Positions 30,368-41,824 are shown, numbered from the stretch's first letter. The stretch is 64,000 nucleotides of DNA from an uncultured Desulfomonile sp. (GCA_964542775.1 CAZIVV010000010.1:1-64000), one strand, 5' to 3'. The notes: generated by a model from the letters alone, not told the origin. Made by a program: numbers and translations.

Positions 30368-31600
30368 CTATTGCTTTGACGGCGTTGGCTTTGCAGACTT
30401 TTGGCCCCCTGCTTTCTTAAGTTGTTCCAGGGTCTTGCTGTCTCCAGTGACTCCTGCCAGTAGCAACGCTGTGGCGCCGTTATTTGCCTTGATGTTGACA
30501 TCTGCGCCTTTTTCGAGAAGGAGTTTAACCACTTCTTCATTGTCAGGAAGAAAAGAAGCGTACATGAGAGCCGTTGCTCCTGTCCGCGTCTTTGCGTTTA
30601 CTTGGGCGCCTTTTTCAAGCAGCAACTTTACCAGCTCAAGATTACCGTCACCGGCAGCTACTATGAGTGGTGTAATCCCATCTTCATTTGCTTCATCAAT
30701 TTTTGCGCCTTTATCCAGAAGCAGTCTGACAGTTTCGGGATTTCCGGCGTTTGTGGCAAGTAAAAGAGCCGATGTCTTGTCTGGGGTTTTGGCGTTGATG
30801 TCGGCGCCCTTGGCTACCAGGCTTTCCGCCGCATCCGGTGTTCCACTATTGACTGCAGCCATGAGCGCTGTGATCCCCTTGGGGCCGGCTTTTGCATTAA
30901 CCTCGGCTCCAGCTTCTATCAACCAGTTAACCATTTCCGAATCATCATTGGCTGAAGCTACCATTAGCGGGGTATTACCCTTGTTGTCGGCTTCGTTGAC
31001 TTTTGCTTTGGCTCCAACGAGCAGTTTAGCCATGTCAATGTCGCCAAGCGCGGTAGCGATAAGAAGCGCAGTGAGCCCCTCCCTGGGCTCCTTGTAATTC
31101 ACGTTAGCGCCTTTCTCGCTGAGCGTTTTGGCCACATCCAGATTGCCCTCTGAAACGGCCTGGAGAAGAGCTGTGCGTCCGTCCATGCTTACAGCGTTTA
31201 CATCAGCCTTGTTTTTCAGGAACAGATCAACAAGATCGATGTTGCCGTCATAGGCGGCTATCATTAGTGGTGTTAGGCCATCCTTGGCGCTGGCAAGGTT
31301 GACATCAGCTCCAGCGTTGACAAGAAGTTCGGAAACTTCGAAGTCACCTCCCATGGTCGCAGTTATTAACAGCGTGTCGCCGTGGGAATCCTTGACATTA
31401 ACATTGGCCTTTTTGGCTATCAGTTCCTTTATTTGTGCGAGAGTGGAGGCGTCTGACTGGTTTTCCTGTTCTGGGTAAAGAGACTTGAACTGGGAAATCA
31501 GATTGTCCTCAAGTGTTCCACCCCAACTCGGAAGCTGGAAACCAACTCCGAAAAGTAGGAGAAAACTCATGATCACCGTAACTACTTTGGTAGATGTCAT
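30368..31600 (-). CDS. Exported ankyrin-repeat protein (about 10 ANK repeats)
   Basis: A signal peptide is followed by iterated G-x-TPL(H/M)xAAxxGxxxxVxxLLxxGAdvN units. Confidence 0.85.
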   Translation of the reverse strand: MTSTKVVTVIMSFLLLFGVGFQLPSWGGTLEDNLISQFKSLYPEQENQSDASTLAQIKELIAKKANVNVKDSHGDTLLITATMGGDFEVSELLVNAGADVNLASAKDGLTPLMIAAYDGNIDLVDLFLKNKADVNAVSMDGRTALLQAVSEGNLDVAKTLSEKGANVNYKEPREGLTALLIATALGDIDMAKLLVGAKAKVNEADNKGNTPLMVASANDDSEMVNWLIEAGAEVNAKAGPKGITALMAAVNSGTPDAAESLVAKGADINAKTPDKTSALLLATNAGNPETVRLLLDKGAKIDEANEDGITPLIVAAGDGNLELVKLLLEKGAQVNAKTRTGATALMYASFLPDNEEVVKLLLEKGADVNIKANNGATALLLAGVTGDSKTLEQLKKAGGQKSAKPTPSKQ

Positions 31601-31684
31601 TTTGATGTCCTCCGCTTTATTGAAGTTTAAATTCTCTTTCCTGAAATGTTTTCAAACAGGAATATTTATAATCGGAACAATCTT

Positions 31685-32476
31685 CTACTCTACTCTTTTG
31701 AAGCCCCTTGGGAGCGCTTTTTGATCATTGGCTGAACCTTGGCCGCGTGATTCCGGTAACTGAGGCTTTGTCAACCCGGAAGCGCCTCTTATGCCAGCTA
31801 CCTCCTCCAGCGATTGAGATGTTCTGCCACCCTGAGAGGGGCTTGTTGGACCGGAAATTCTTTTTTCCCGAGATGAGCAAGGTGGAGGGTCCTGTCCTGC
31901 TGAGGACTCCCTGCTGTCCCCCTTTATGACCACCCTTCGATTGAGCATGCGTGTCTCTTCGCTGTCGTTGGAGTGAGCAGGTTGTTCAAGACCGTATCCA
32001 CGTGGCACAAGCTTATCCTTGTCCACACCCAGATTGGTGAGGTGGTCTATCACTGCGTTTGAACGTGACCACGATAATTTGCAGTTGAATTCGGCGCTGC
32101 CTATATTGCAGGTGTGCCCATCAACAAAAAATTTTTTGATTTTAGAGAGTTCCGGATGACTTTCAGCCTCTTTCAGGGCTTGGGCCAGGCTCTTGAGGTT
32201 AGGCATGGATTCAGATTTAAGGGTTGACTGACCAAAATGAAATAGCATCGTGTCACTAGTGTAGGTTACCTGGCCCTCGTTTTTTAGCTGCTCTATTATA
32301 ACATCCTTGGGTATAAGTTTAGGTCCACTTTTCGGAATTGGCGCTAATTCCTCGGCTGCAGCCTTTTGTCTCTGAAAATCCTCCCATGTGTCGTCTGCGC
32401 CGACTCCAACCGGCATGAGTATTGAAATCGTCAGGATGAGCAATATTCTTAACATGATCACCTCCCGTAAGTTCAC
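31685..32476 (-). CDS. OmpA-family (OmpA/MotB C-terminal domain) envelope protein
   Basis: A signal peptide and then a C-terminal OmpA-like peptidoglycan-binding module (FHFGQSTL...VDGHTCNIGSAEFNCKLSWSRSNAVIDHL...NRRVVI). An S/G/P-rich tail follows. Confidence 0.8.
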   Translation of the reverse strand: MNLREVIMLRILLILTISILMPVGVGADDTWEDFQRQKAAAEELAPIPKSGPKLIPKDVIIEQLKNEGQVTYTSDTMLFHFGQSTLKSESMPNLKSLAQALKEAESHPELSKIKKFFVDGHTCNIGSAEFNCKLSWSRSNAVIDHLTNLGVDKDKLVPRGYGLEQPAHSNDSEETRMLNRRVVIKGDSRESSAGQDPPPCSSREKRISGPTSPSQGGRTSQSLEEVAGIRGASGLTKPQLPESRGQGSANDQKALPRGFKRVE

Positions 32477-32515
32477 CAGGTCGGGACTCTATCAGATCCC
32501 AAATACAGGGCTTAG

Positions 32516-33829
32516 CTATTTTGAAGGTTGAGTCTTTTTAATGTCCTCCTTTTTAGCAGGTTTTGCTGACTTATCGCTTTTGTCGTTGTTGATGAGGCTA
32601 GAATTGTTACCTGGATTTGTCATCCGGCCCATGAAAAGTATGATTCCACTGACATTGTCCTTGATAAAGAAAATAAAAGGTCTGTCTACCTTGAATGAAG
32701 TAACCTCGGGCGCCTTTGCCGAGAGTGAATCTGAAACATGACTTGCAGTAGTGGATGACGCTTGTGTTCCTTCCTCGTTAACCTCAACACGGACATTCTG
32801 AATGACAGATGAAATGTAAAGACCGTTAATTGAAGCCGGAGCAATTCCTGTGAAATCAGCCAGGCCCGGGTCGAAGGCATCTCGCATTCCCATAGAAACG
32901 AGGGGCTTGGACAATTCGGTTGATTGTTGAAGCTCAAACTTCGGAAAATGTAAAAGGACTCGGGTCAATTTCAACTGATCTTTCCAGGCCCTCAGATTCG
33001 TGGTGGACAGTTCGTCTTCGATTACTTTGATTCCATCCGGGTTATCAGGAAGCAAGACGCACATTGACAGTTCATTCCCAACGTAAGGAATCTCGATTCC
33101 CTGACAGACACTGTTCCTGAAGTGTCTGAAGTCAGCAGTTGTTTCCATCATGCTGGTTTCTATAGATCTTTTTTGGGTTATAAAAAATGGGGCTTTTTCC
33201 GTGAGGCTAGTGTCAAATTTCACGGCCCATTGACCCTTGAAGCTAATGGCGTTCATGATCAGCATCTTGGTGGCAGAGTTTAAGTTATCGGCAGACACTA
33301 TGTCCTTGATCCTGCCTCCTGTTTGTTGAAACACCCAGTCGTTAATAGACCTGGCTGATTCTACCGGTTTAGTGGAAAAATCCAGGGAGTTGGTAGAGAC
33401 CCGAAAATGGTTTTTCAAGAGGTTATGGTATTCCGGTCGAATCTCATATCCAATTTGAGGCCATAGGGAATTGGATATAACGATCTCAGATCCTTGGCTG
33501 TTGAGGCCATCTATTCTGGAACTCATAGAGGAGAATAGCGCTCCGATACTGTTGTCTTCCGCAGGGAACCTTAGTATCTCACTCATCTGTTTGCGAGTTT
33601 GTCCCTTACCCCCTGCCATTGCCATTGCCAGTGAGGCTGAAATACCGTATGGGGAGAAGCAGAGATTTCCTTCCTGATTACCCAGATGTTTGTAAAGATC
33701 CAGAGCGAAATCACTTTGTTGCCGGATTAACATGTCTATTCCGTTTGAGTCTTTGCAACCCACAGAGACACTGGCTAATATGAGGCTTACACTAAACGCC
33801 ACTGTAAATACTTTTAATACTGGTCTCAT
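32516..33829 (-). CDS. Serpin (serine/cysteine protease inhibitor) family lipoprotein
   Basis: Lipobox signal LASVSVGC. The serpin core is present (NLCFSPYGISASLAMAMAGGKGQTRKQM...; hinge VNEEGTQASSTTA; C-terminal FKVDRPFIFFIKD). A Lys-rich C-terminal tail follows. Confidence 0.8.
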   Translation of the reverse strand: MRPVLKVFTVAFSVSLILASVSVGCKDSNGIDMLIRQQSDFALDLYKHLGNQEGNLCFSPYGISASLAMAMAGGKGQTRKQMSEILRFPAEDNSIGALFSSMSSRIDGLNSQGSEIVISNSLWPQIGYEIRPEYHNLLKNHFRVSTNSLDFSTKPVESARSINDWVFQQTGGRIKDIVSADNLNSATKMLIMNAISFKGQWAVKFDTSLTEKAPFFITQKRSIETSMMETTADFRHFRNSVCQGIEIPYVGNELSMCVLLPDNPDGIKVIEDELSTTNLRAWKDQLKLTRVLLHFPKFELQQSTELSKPLVSMGMRDAFDPGLADFTGIAPASINGLYISSVIQNVRVEVNEEGTQASSTTASHVSDSLSAKAPEVTSFKVDRPFIFFIKDNVSGIILFMGRMTNPGNNSSLINNDKSDKSAKPAKKEDIKKTQPSK

Positions 33830-33913
33830 CAGATTCTCCTCTCCAAACGTGGTCGAGGACTGTCATTGCTCAGGGCCACGAGACGGAGTTCAAATCACCT
33901 TTGCCTGAAATGA

Positions 33914-35346
33914 TCAATTCCTGAACCTGAACTCCTTGACTATGCCGTTCGGATCCACGAGACACGGTGTTGGGGGATTTGGTATGTGGCGTTTGCGCTT
34001 GTCGTACCAGTCTGCCACGTTTTCTTTTGCCAGATTGAAAGCAGCTTCCAGGTCCTGGCTACCCTGTTTTATAGCCTCAACAAGAAAGTACGTCAGAACA
34101 CCACCCTGCAACTTGGGATGAGAGTATGAAGTCTCATGTTTGAGCGCCGAGGCGATGAATGCCAGGTTGTCATTGTCATAATCGGGAACAGCGCTTTTCT
34201 CAGTGACGGGAAATTCTTCGTCTGCTCCCTCTAGGGCTATGTAATCGGAAATAAGCTCTGGATCAGTAATTTGAAAATGTTTTGCCATTGCTCTACTATG
34301 GCAGGAATCAACGATAAGTATTTTTTTTCTGGCAGGTATCTTATTGATCAGCTTAGTTAATTCTTTCTTGGATAGAAGATGTTTTTTGCCTCTGAACTGC
34401 GGAGTAGCAGCAAGTTTTTGTCCAGGATAGAGGACGAGGAATCCTTCTCCTCTTACGTTACCACCATGTCCGCTGAAGTAGATTATGGCTGTATCTTCAG
34501 GCTGGGTTACTGAAGCAAGCCATTTCAAACCAGAAACACTCCCTGGAAAATCGGCAGCGGCGTCCCGGAGCACTTTCAAATTCGAATTTTCTATCCCTGC
34601 CTTGGCCTGAAATGTCTCGGCTATCCTTACTACAGTATTATCGTGCGGTCTGTCATCCCAGACACCGTGGCCTGAAATTGCCAGGAGATAAGTTTTAGAT
34701 TTCTCAACGATAGGTGGCGCTGGTGGAGGTCCTGAGCCTATTGTAATGTTTAACTGAGCAGTCCCCCAATTGACGTTTTGTCCAACAGTTTCCGCGTTCC
34801 TCTGAAAGCGTATGGCAAGATCTTTAGCGTTTCCACGGTATTCCTTGAATCCAGTTTTCTGGATTTGCTGAAATTCCTGCTCCGAGAGAATCTTGCCTTT
34901 TTCGGATGTGGCATAAGCGATTATTCGCTCAGTTCCACTGGGGCCAGCTATTCTGAACCTGAACTTATCTCCGGTTGCTGGAAAATTGCGTGTTACATTT
35001 GCCTCAATTTTGTTGTCGGATCCCGAGTAATCATTAGGCCAAATCCTTAGAATACGGCCTGATGTGCCCATGTCCATCAGGGTGACATAGCACTCCCTGT
35101 CCGCCGAAAAGCTGAGTTTCAGCTCATCACCTGGATTTAGTGAATCCTTCTCAGTTGACAGAGTTATCCTGATGTTATTCGTGGAACCCGAATTCGTGGG
35201 AAGGATGTTGATATCCTTCCAGTCCTTGGTTCGTGCCAAACCCTGAGAATGAGATGCGTTAGCGCAAAATAGGAGAGTGATGGTAACTATGGCTGCTGAA
35301 GCAATGATTCTGATTAGACGTCCCATCCCGAACCTCCCGTGAAACA
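33914..35346 (-). CDS. Exported DUF4384-like domain + C14 caspase-like (orthocaspase/metacaspase) peptidase
   Basis: N-terminal DUF4384-like beta-domain (ECYVTLMDMGTSGRILRIWPN). The caspase catalytic dyad is in the C-terminal half, with His in YFSGHGG and Cys in LIVDSCHS. The start is at MGRLIRII, with a GGGAGG Shine-Dalgarno upstream. Confidence 0.75.
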
Positions 35347-35489
35347 ATAGAACCCCAACTGAATAATAAAATACCGAAAGCCCGTTATCTCAAAAAGTCA
35401 GCCAACTCATGATTGAGCTTAAGTTAGTAATGAAATCCATTGCTTATACCAGAAAGCTGTTTAATTTGCCTACAGTCCTGCAGCCTGGC

Positions 35490-36614
35490 TTAAGGTTTAA
35501 GAATTACTAACCCGTTCAAGAATTTTTCGACATCTTCCTTGAATTTGGGAAAGGCGCTTTCCGGACAGGAACTAATGAGCTGAACTAGCGCAGTTTTGCC
35601 AACCCACAGGTATCCATTAAAAATGAAGGGCGTTCCGTCGATCTTTCCATTGAGTGTCATGGAGGTCACCGTATAATTATTCGACTTTATCTCCTTTTCC
35701 TCCTTGAGTGTAATGTCGCCAATCATAGCTTTCAGGTACTCAAGAAATGCTTTTTTGGCCATTTCGACTGAAACCTCGCCTGAAACCTGTTGGACGATAA
35801 CAACCACGTCTAGCTCGCCTGAGCCATGGGTGAAAGCAGCTTCTGCCGTGTCGCCTGGAACCGGGGCCGATGTCCATTTGGTGTGGTCATACTTTATTTC
35901 ATAGAGACCATCTTTTCCCTTGAAAACTCCGGGTTCCTCAGGGGGTCTGGTTTCAGTTGTAACTTTAGGTGGCTCGGCAGGAGGCGGAGTCGTGACTGGT
36001 GCGGCCTCGACAATCTTGAAAGAGTATTCCTTTGTGGCCCATTTGCTGTGGTCAATTTTCTGAAAGGCTACTCCTATGTCCTTCATGACAACGGAGGGAT
36101 TCTTCATGCTCAGGAACACCTGACCCTTTTCAGGACCGGTCTCGATCGGCTGCTTGAGCTCTTCCTGTAACGATTGAATTTTGGAAAGCACAGGATCCAG
36201 AGATGCCAGAACCTTGATTCGCTCTGTGCCAACTGGAGGCATTACCCTGTAGGTGAAGTTGCTGCCCAGTGGGGGTATATTATAAATCCTGTCTTTCTCA
36301 ATCCTGTTTTCGACATGCCATTTGTTTGGGAAAAGCACGATCGTTTTTCCGCTGCTCCCGATGTCCAGGAGAGCCACATAACAGTCCTTGTCCGCCTTAA
36401 ACTGAAATACCACGTCCTCTCCAATGCTGTATTCAGCTTTATCGGTCTTTATCTCCAGTTTGATCCCCGGATTCTCATTCTGAATCTGGTTTGAGAGTTT
36501 CAGAAGTTCCTCAGTGCTGTATCCCGCAGCCTCCTGACCGTGGAATGTGAGAGCGACTACGAACATTACGGCGAACAACGCCGATTGAAATAGCTTTTTT
36601 CTCATGGCGGACAC
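35490..36614 (-). CDS. Exported DUF4384-like domain protein (no protease domain)
   Basis: A signal peptide and the same module (DKDCYVALLDIGSSGKTIVLFPNKW) as the flanking caspase fusions. The C-terminal half is unassigned. Confidence 0.6.
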   Translation of the reverse strand: MSAMRKKLFQSALFAVMFVVALTFHGQEAAGYSTEELLKLSNQIQNENPGIKLEIKTDKAEYSIGEDVVFQFKADKDCYVALLDIGSSGKTIVLFPNKWHVENRIEKDRIYNIPPLGSNFTYRVMPPVGTERIKVLASLDPVLSKIQSLQEELKQPIETGPEKGQVFLSMKNPSVVMKDIGVAFQKIDHSKWATKEYSFKIVEAAPVTTPPPAEPPKVTTETRPPEEPGVFKGKDGLYEIKYDHTKWTSAPVPGDTAEAAFTHGSGELDVVVIVQQVSGEVSVEMAKKAFLEYLKAMIGDITLKEEKEIKSNNYTVTSMTLNGKIDGTPFIFNGYLWVGKTALVQLISSCPESAFPKFKEDVEKFLNGLVILKP

Positions 36615-36849
36615 CTCACTTTCAAATCGTTGCAGGTTTCAGATCAACATAACAAAAGGTCTACCGAATAGTTGAAACAGCTTTGTCAGGTTAAGAGATT
36701 GAGCCTAAAGTTCCTTGCCGTAAAATGACCCGGGACTGTTTGACAAACCATCATTGAAAAAACAGCGTCCGGTGCGATCAAAGGTATCATTCCAAAATCT
36801 GTGTGAGCAGGCCCCGCCAAACCAGGAACATATTTGCAGGCAGACTGAA

Positions 36850-39800
36850 TCATGATGTTTCCCCCACAAGGATAAAGCCGCTCCAGAAGAAGGGGTGTTT
36901 ATAGCCTTCGTCTCTAATGTCCTGTCTGGCTTTTTGGAGTGATTCGATTTTTGTCTTGCCCAAGGTTCGATACTTGAAGAAGTTGGCGGCCAGTGTTACT
37001 GCGGATGAAGCCTCGACTTCCCATAATGACATCAGGACAGATTTAGCCCCTGCATATTGGAAGGCGCGTCCCATGCTCACAACTCCCTCTCCCGATTGGG
37101 CCTTCCCAAGTCCGGTCTGACATGCCGTTAGAGCCACTACATCCGCATTCATTTTTAAAGAAAGGATGTCGGACATTTTCAGAAAACCGTCTACGCCGTG
37201 CGGAACCATAGTGAGCGCAAGAAACGGTTCCATGATCCCGGCCGTCTGGTTAGAAACTACTCCATGCGTAGCAAAAACAACGTTGCCGTACCGACTGAGC
37301 CCGGGGGCAACACGAGTGAGAAAGGCTGTTTTGTCGGCTTCAAGTCCTGTTAGGGCCATGCACTTGGATCCGTATATATTTTGCAAACTCTCGGCTAGAT
37401 CTCCCGTTTCGGGAAGACGCCTGAATTTGAGGCTGCCGCTATCCTCTATGGCCTGCATCAGTCTTACGTTGTAATCTTTTTCACTTTGGGCCAATGCGGT
37501 AGGGGTGGCTAACTGGGCTCGTTGGTCGTTCAGATTGAATACTGGGTCAGCTACAACCAGAAGGCTGTCTTTTGGCTTTTCCCTGCCGCGGGTTTTTCTG
37601 ACCAGGGTGAGGGCCGAAAGGGACTGGTAATAGCTAACAGGATACATGTCACCCAGATACGTGACTCCTTCAGGATAATAAGTGAACTGCTCAGGCCAGT
37701 TTTTGCCCTCCAGCTTGCTCCATTTAGCCTGACCTGATGTGACCAACGCTTCAAATGGCAGCAAACATAGGATTCCATCAGGTATTATGATGAGCGGCGT
37801 TCCTTTGGGAACATCTACAAGAACTGCCTGAACCAGTTTACGGTAAAGACTTTTTGCCAGTTCAATGTCGAATTCCCGAAGATTCCTGTTTTCAAATGGC
37901 GCCCTGAATTTTAATACGTCCCTGACAAGATCTTCTGAGTCCCAGCTCTTGAAAAAACTCTCTGCCTCCTTCCTCTCCCGGATAAGCTTGATCATCACTC
38001 CCTGACGTGACACATCAAACATCAACACGCACTCGTCCTGGCTTAATCCGGAATCTTTAATACCCAGGGGGCGGGGATATTTCACTGCGGCGTATGCGGG
38101 ATAATTTTTCCAAAGCCCATCGATGAAGGATATCAGGTTAGCTTCGGCATCCTGGCACTCTCTTGAAAGGATTTCATATTTGACGGACTGACTGTTCCTG
38201 TCGGTCTTTGAAAGGTCTTTTTTGAGAGCAGCCAGCCTATTGAGGAGCAAGTGCTCCTCTTCCATGATTTCCTTCGGGGTTCCCGAGTTTCCGGAAGCCA
38301 CTTTCTCTGACAAATGGTCGGCAAAGGCCCTCGCTTTGGTAACCTCAATCGCCTGTATGCTTTCATCCTGTCGATTGAGTTTCATGCGAACCCTGGTGAG
38401 TCCTTTGGCCGGCTCTATTCGAGAAAAGCCTCCCAACCTTACCTCAAAGAAATTCTTGCGTTCCGAAGGTAAAAGTCCGGATCTTACCTCCTCAAGGAGA
38501 TTCATCGCTTTTTCATAATATTCGTCCGCCTTCTCATAGTTCTCCATGGCTTCATTGGCGGTTGCAAGACCGGTATAGCTTATGAAAAGGCCTTCAGAGT
38601 TTCCCGATTTCTCAAAGGCTCCAACGCTTTTCTCATAATACTTGGCTGCTTCTGGGTAGTCCTTCTTGATGAGAGCCAATCTTGCCTTCGTGGAATCATA
38701 TCCGGACGAGTTTGCTATGGCCTCAGCCTTGGACAGGGCTCCCATATCCATGAAGAGGTTTGCCAGGTTGTTTTCCTCGAATCTGGTTGGTTTACCAATG
38801 GCCCTGTCTATTTCGAGGGACTTTTTAAGGGCTGCCTCAGCCTCGGCGTATCTGCCCATGTCGGTGTATATGGCCCCTATGTTGGAATAATTGAGAGCCT
38901 CGCCAGCCCTGTCACCGATCCTTTTTCTGATTTCGAGTGACCTCTCATAATATTCAATAGCCTGGGAAGGTTGACCTACAGATCTATAAATAAGACCTAT
39001 GTTGGAAAGAACAATGCCCTGTCCCTTGACATCTCCTATGCTCTTTTTTATTTCAAGGGAACGTTCGTAACAATCCAGCGCTTTAGGATAGTGTCCCAGA
39101 GCACGATGGATGATCCCGATGTTATTGAGCGCTTTTGATTGTCCGGAAATATTCTGGATTTTCTTTGACAGCGCTAAAGAGCCTTCCTGACATTCAAGGG
39201 CCTTCTGATACTGGCCTCGAGAAAAGTAAACATTCCCCATTCCTATCAGAGAATTACTTTCTCCCCTCACGATTCCCAACTTTTTGTACGTTTCGAGAGA
39301 TTGTCTGAACTGTTCGAGAGCTTTGGTGTATTGGCCCAGGGAGTAGTAAACATCTCCAATAGCGACCAGATTATCTGCCTCTCCCCGAATGTTGCCAATC
39401 TTCGTGTTTATTTGTTTTGCCTGTTCAAAACATTTTGTTGCTCCGGGGTAGTCTCCAGTGTCATAATATACGCCACCCATGGCGGCCAGACTGATTGCCT
39501 CGCCACGGGTGTCACCTATTCTTCTCCTTGTTTCCAGTGCCTGTTCGTATTTTTTGAGCGCCTCCGGATATTTTCCCAGAGCTTTGTTTATACTTCCTAT
39601 ACTGTGAATTGACTCAGCGTTTCCTCGAAGATCTCCCAGTTTTTCCCTGATTTCAGCCGCAGTGGTGTAATACTTCAGGGCCTTTGTATATTGGGAAAGA
39701 GAATTGTAAATACCACCAATGGATTGATACGATCTTCCTTCACCCCGCTTGTTATTGATCTTTTTCATGATAGCCAGTGACTGTTCCATAAATGACAGGG

Positions 39801-40327
39801 CCTTATCGTATTGCCCGAGGGATTGGTAGACCCCACCGAGGTTGTCCAGCGCAACGGCCTCACCTTGCGGGTTAGATGATGATTTTGTTATTTCCAGGTA
39901 TTTTTCATAATATTCCAGAGCCTGTTTATAGCTGGATTGAGCCTGGTAAACTCTGCCGATACCGTTGGTTGACACTCCTTGACTCCACGTGTCAGCTGCC
40001 TTTTCACTTGAGACAAGGCCTTTTTGGTAAAACTCCAGAGACTTCTGATATTGCCCATGATCAAAGTAAAAATCGGCCATGGTATTGAATGTTCTGGCTT
40101 TTCCCTTTTCGGAACCTGCTTCTTCAAACATTCGCAAAGCATCCTGCAATTCTTTCAGCCCCGTCTGGCGTTCAGAAGAGGAATTGGCCTTTCTCAGCGT
40201 CTGCTGGCCTTGCTTCAATCTGTCGAAGCCCGCCTGTTCCTGCTGGGCTAAGGCGCACGGTAAAACCGCAAAAATTAAAAGAAGAATTGTGGCCAATCTG
40301 AATGTGTGCCAGGCCATCATGACCTCC
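36850..40327 (-). CDS. Exported TPR-repeat + CHAT-domain protease-like protein
   Basis: Signal peptide, then about 16 TPR units (repeated YxxALxxYExALxI motifs), then a C-terminal CHAT domain (LLVVADPVF...VVFATHGVV...ALTACQTGLG, the His/Cys dyad). The start is moved to MAWHTF, with a GGAGG Shine-Dalgarno 5 nt upstream. Confidence 0.85.
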
Positions 40328-40381
40328 GTTTTTCTATACAAGGCTGTCGAGGTTCATGCTTTGTTTGAAAGTAAAATTGCA

Positions 40382-41824
40382 TCACGGCGCTATATGCTTG
40401 AATTTAATGCGGATGACCTTGTCTGCCCCGACCACCTGTATCTGGTTTTCCATGCGTTGAAACAATTTCTCCCTGTTGGGATCCGAAAGCTGTTTAACTT
40501 TGTCAGGAACTGTATAATCCTCGATACCCATGAGGTTGAATTCACGCTCGAGTCCAGCAGAACGCAACTTTGAGTAAAGTTCTTCAAGTCTGGGGTTTCG
40601 CTCTCTGCTTGCGACAAGATATATGGTTTCTTCGCCTACGTTTTTATCCAGCACATACCAGTGCTTTCCCTGCTTGTAAGGTAGCCACTGGGTTTCACCG
40701 GCTTTTATTTCCCCAGAGCCTTCAGTAAGTTTGGGGTTCGGGAACAGACGCCCAACGTTTCCGTTGGAATCCCACCAGACAACATGCACGAAGCAGTCAG
40801 CGTCGGCCTTGAACGCCAGGCCCACTCGTTGCCCCGATTTTAAGGTCGCGTCATTAGCTAGGGGTTTTACCTCTCCATCGTCTTCCTGGGTCACGAACAG
40901 GGCTTCGATATTGAGAGGTTTGTCGTAAACAGGAGCCCTGAATATGGGGGTATTCTCTGCTTTTCCCTTGGCGGTGTATAGCTGGGGGTTCTGTCTGCCC
41001 CTAGTGGCTTCACGGGTCCCTTCATAGACAAAGTCGTATAGATCCTTGACCGTTATCACTCCATCGCCGGTGTTCTTGTAGGCGGCGCCTCTCAGACCTT
41101 TGAGTAAATAATGCGTAAACACGCTATTTCCGAATCGCTTGTCCTCCCAAGACACTTCATCTGGTCGGCTTGAGGCGAACCCGAATCTTCCCTGCAGATT
41201 CTGAAACACTGAGAAAAATATGTCGGCGGCCTTCGCTGTGGATTTGTCTAGAGCTGAACTAAAGCCTCCGGAATGACATGCGTCTGACATGAGAATCAAT
41301 CTGTCAGAATCAATGCCCTTAAAAAGTCCAGAAGTGTTCATTGGCAGGGCAGACCCAAAAAGATTCTCCACATCAGCGTCGTAAGTCAGAAAGTAGAATT
41401 CGTCGGTCCTAACTGGGTCGGATGCGCCATGTCCTGACAGAAATATTATGACGACATCATCCTTGCCAGCAGGTTTCAGATCATCCCTGATAGCTTTGGT
41501 GACATTTTCCCGGGTTGCCTGCTCGTTCACAAAAAGCCTTATGTGAGCCCTTTTGAACATTTTGGACCGCTCTTTTAGGAACACATGAAAATCCTGGGCA
41601 TCCTTCGGAGACAGTACGAGCTGATTCAGTTTTGTGTCGCGGTATTTCCCTATGCCAACAAGGACGGCATATAGCTCGCAATTGGCCAGCGCACCTGGAG
41701 TCGCGCATGCAACCTGTGACGGGAACACGAAGATTATTGCGGCTAGAAGCCACGATATCAATACCATGGTTAATCGCGCATAGATCCGGTCATGGGGGGT
41801 TGACACTGTTCCTGATCGATTCAT
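40382..41824 (-). CDS. Exported C14 caspase-like peptidase + C-terminal DUF4384-like domain
   Basis: p20-like region YAVLVGIGKY, with the catalytic dyad His in IFLSGHGA and Cys in LILMSDACHSGG. The C-terminal DUF4384-like module is DADCFVHVVWWDSNGNVGRLFPNPK. The gene's 5' end sits 4 nt inside the stop of the TPR-OmpA gene. Confidence 0.75.
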   Translation of the reverse strand: MNRSGTVSTPHDRIYARLTMVLISWLLAAIIFVFPSQVACATPGALANCELYAVLVGIGKYRDTKLNQLVLSPKDAQDFHVFLKERSKMFKRAHIRLFVNEQATRENVTKAIRDDLKPAGKDDVVIIFLSGHGASDPVRTDEFYFLTYDADVENLFGSALPMNTSGLFKGIDSDRLILMSDACHSGGFSSALDKSTAKAADIFFSVFQNLQGRFGFASSRPDEVSWEDKRFGNSVFTHYLLKGLRGAAYKNTGDGVITVKDLYDFVYEGTREATRGRQNPQLYTAKGKAENTPIFRAPVYDKPLNIEALFVTQEDDGEVKPLANDATLKSGQRVGLAFKADADCFVHVVWWDSNGNVGRLFPNPKLTEGSGEIKAGETQWLPYKQGKHWYVLDKNVGEETIYLVASRERNPRLEELYSKLRSAGLEREFNLMGIEDYTVPDKVKQLSDPNREKLFQRMENQIQVVGADKVIRIKFKHIAP

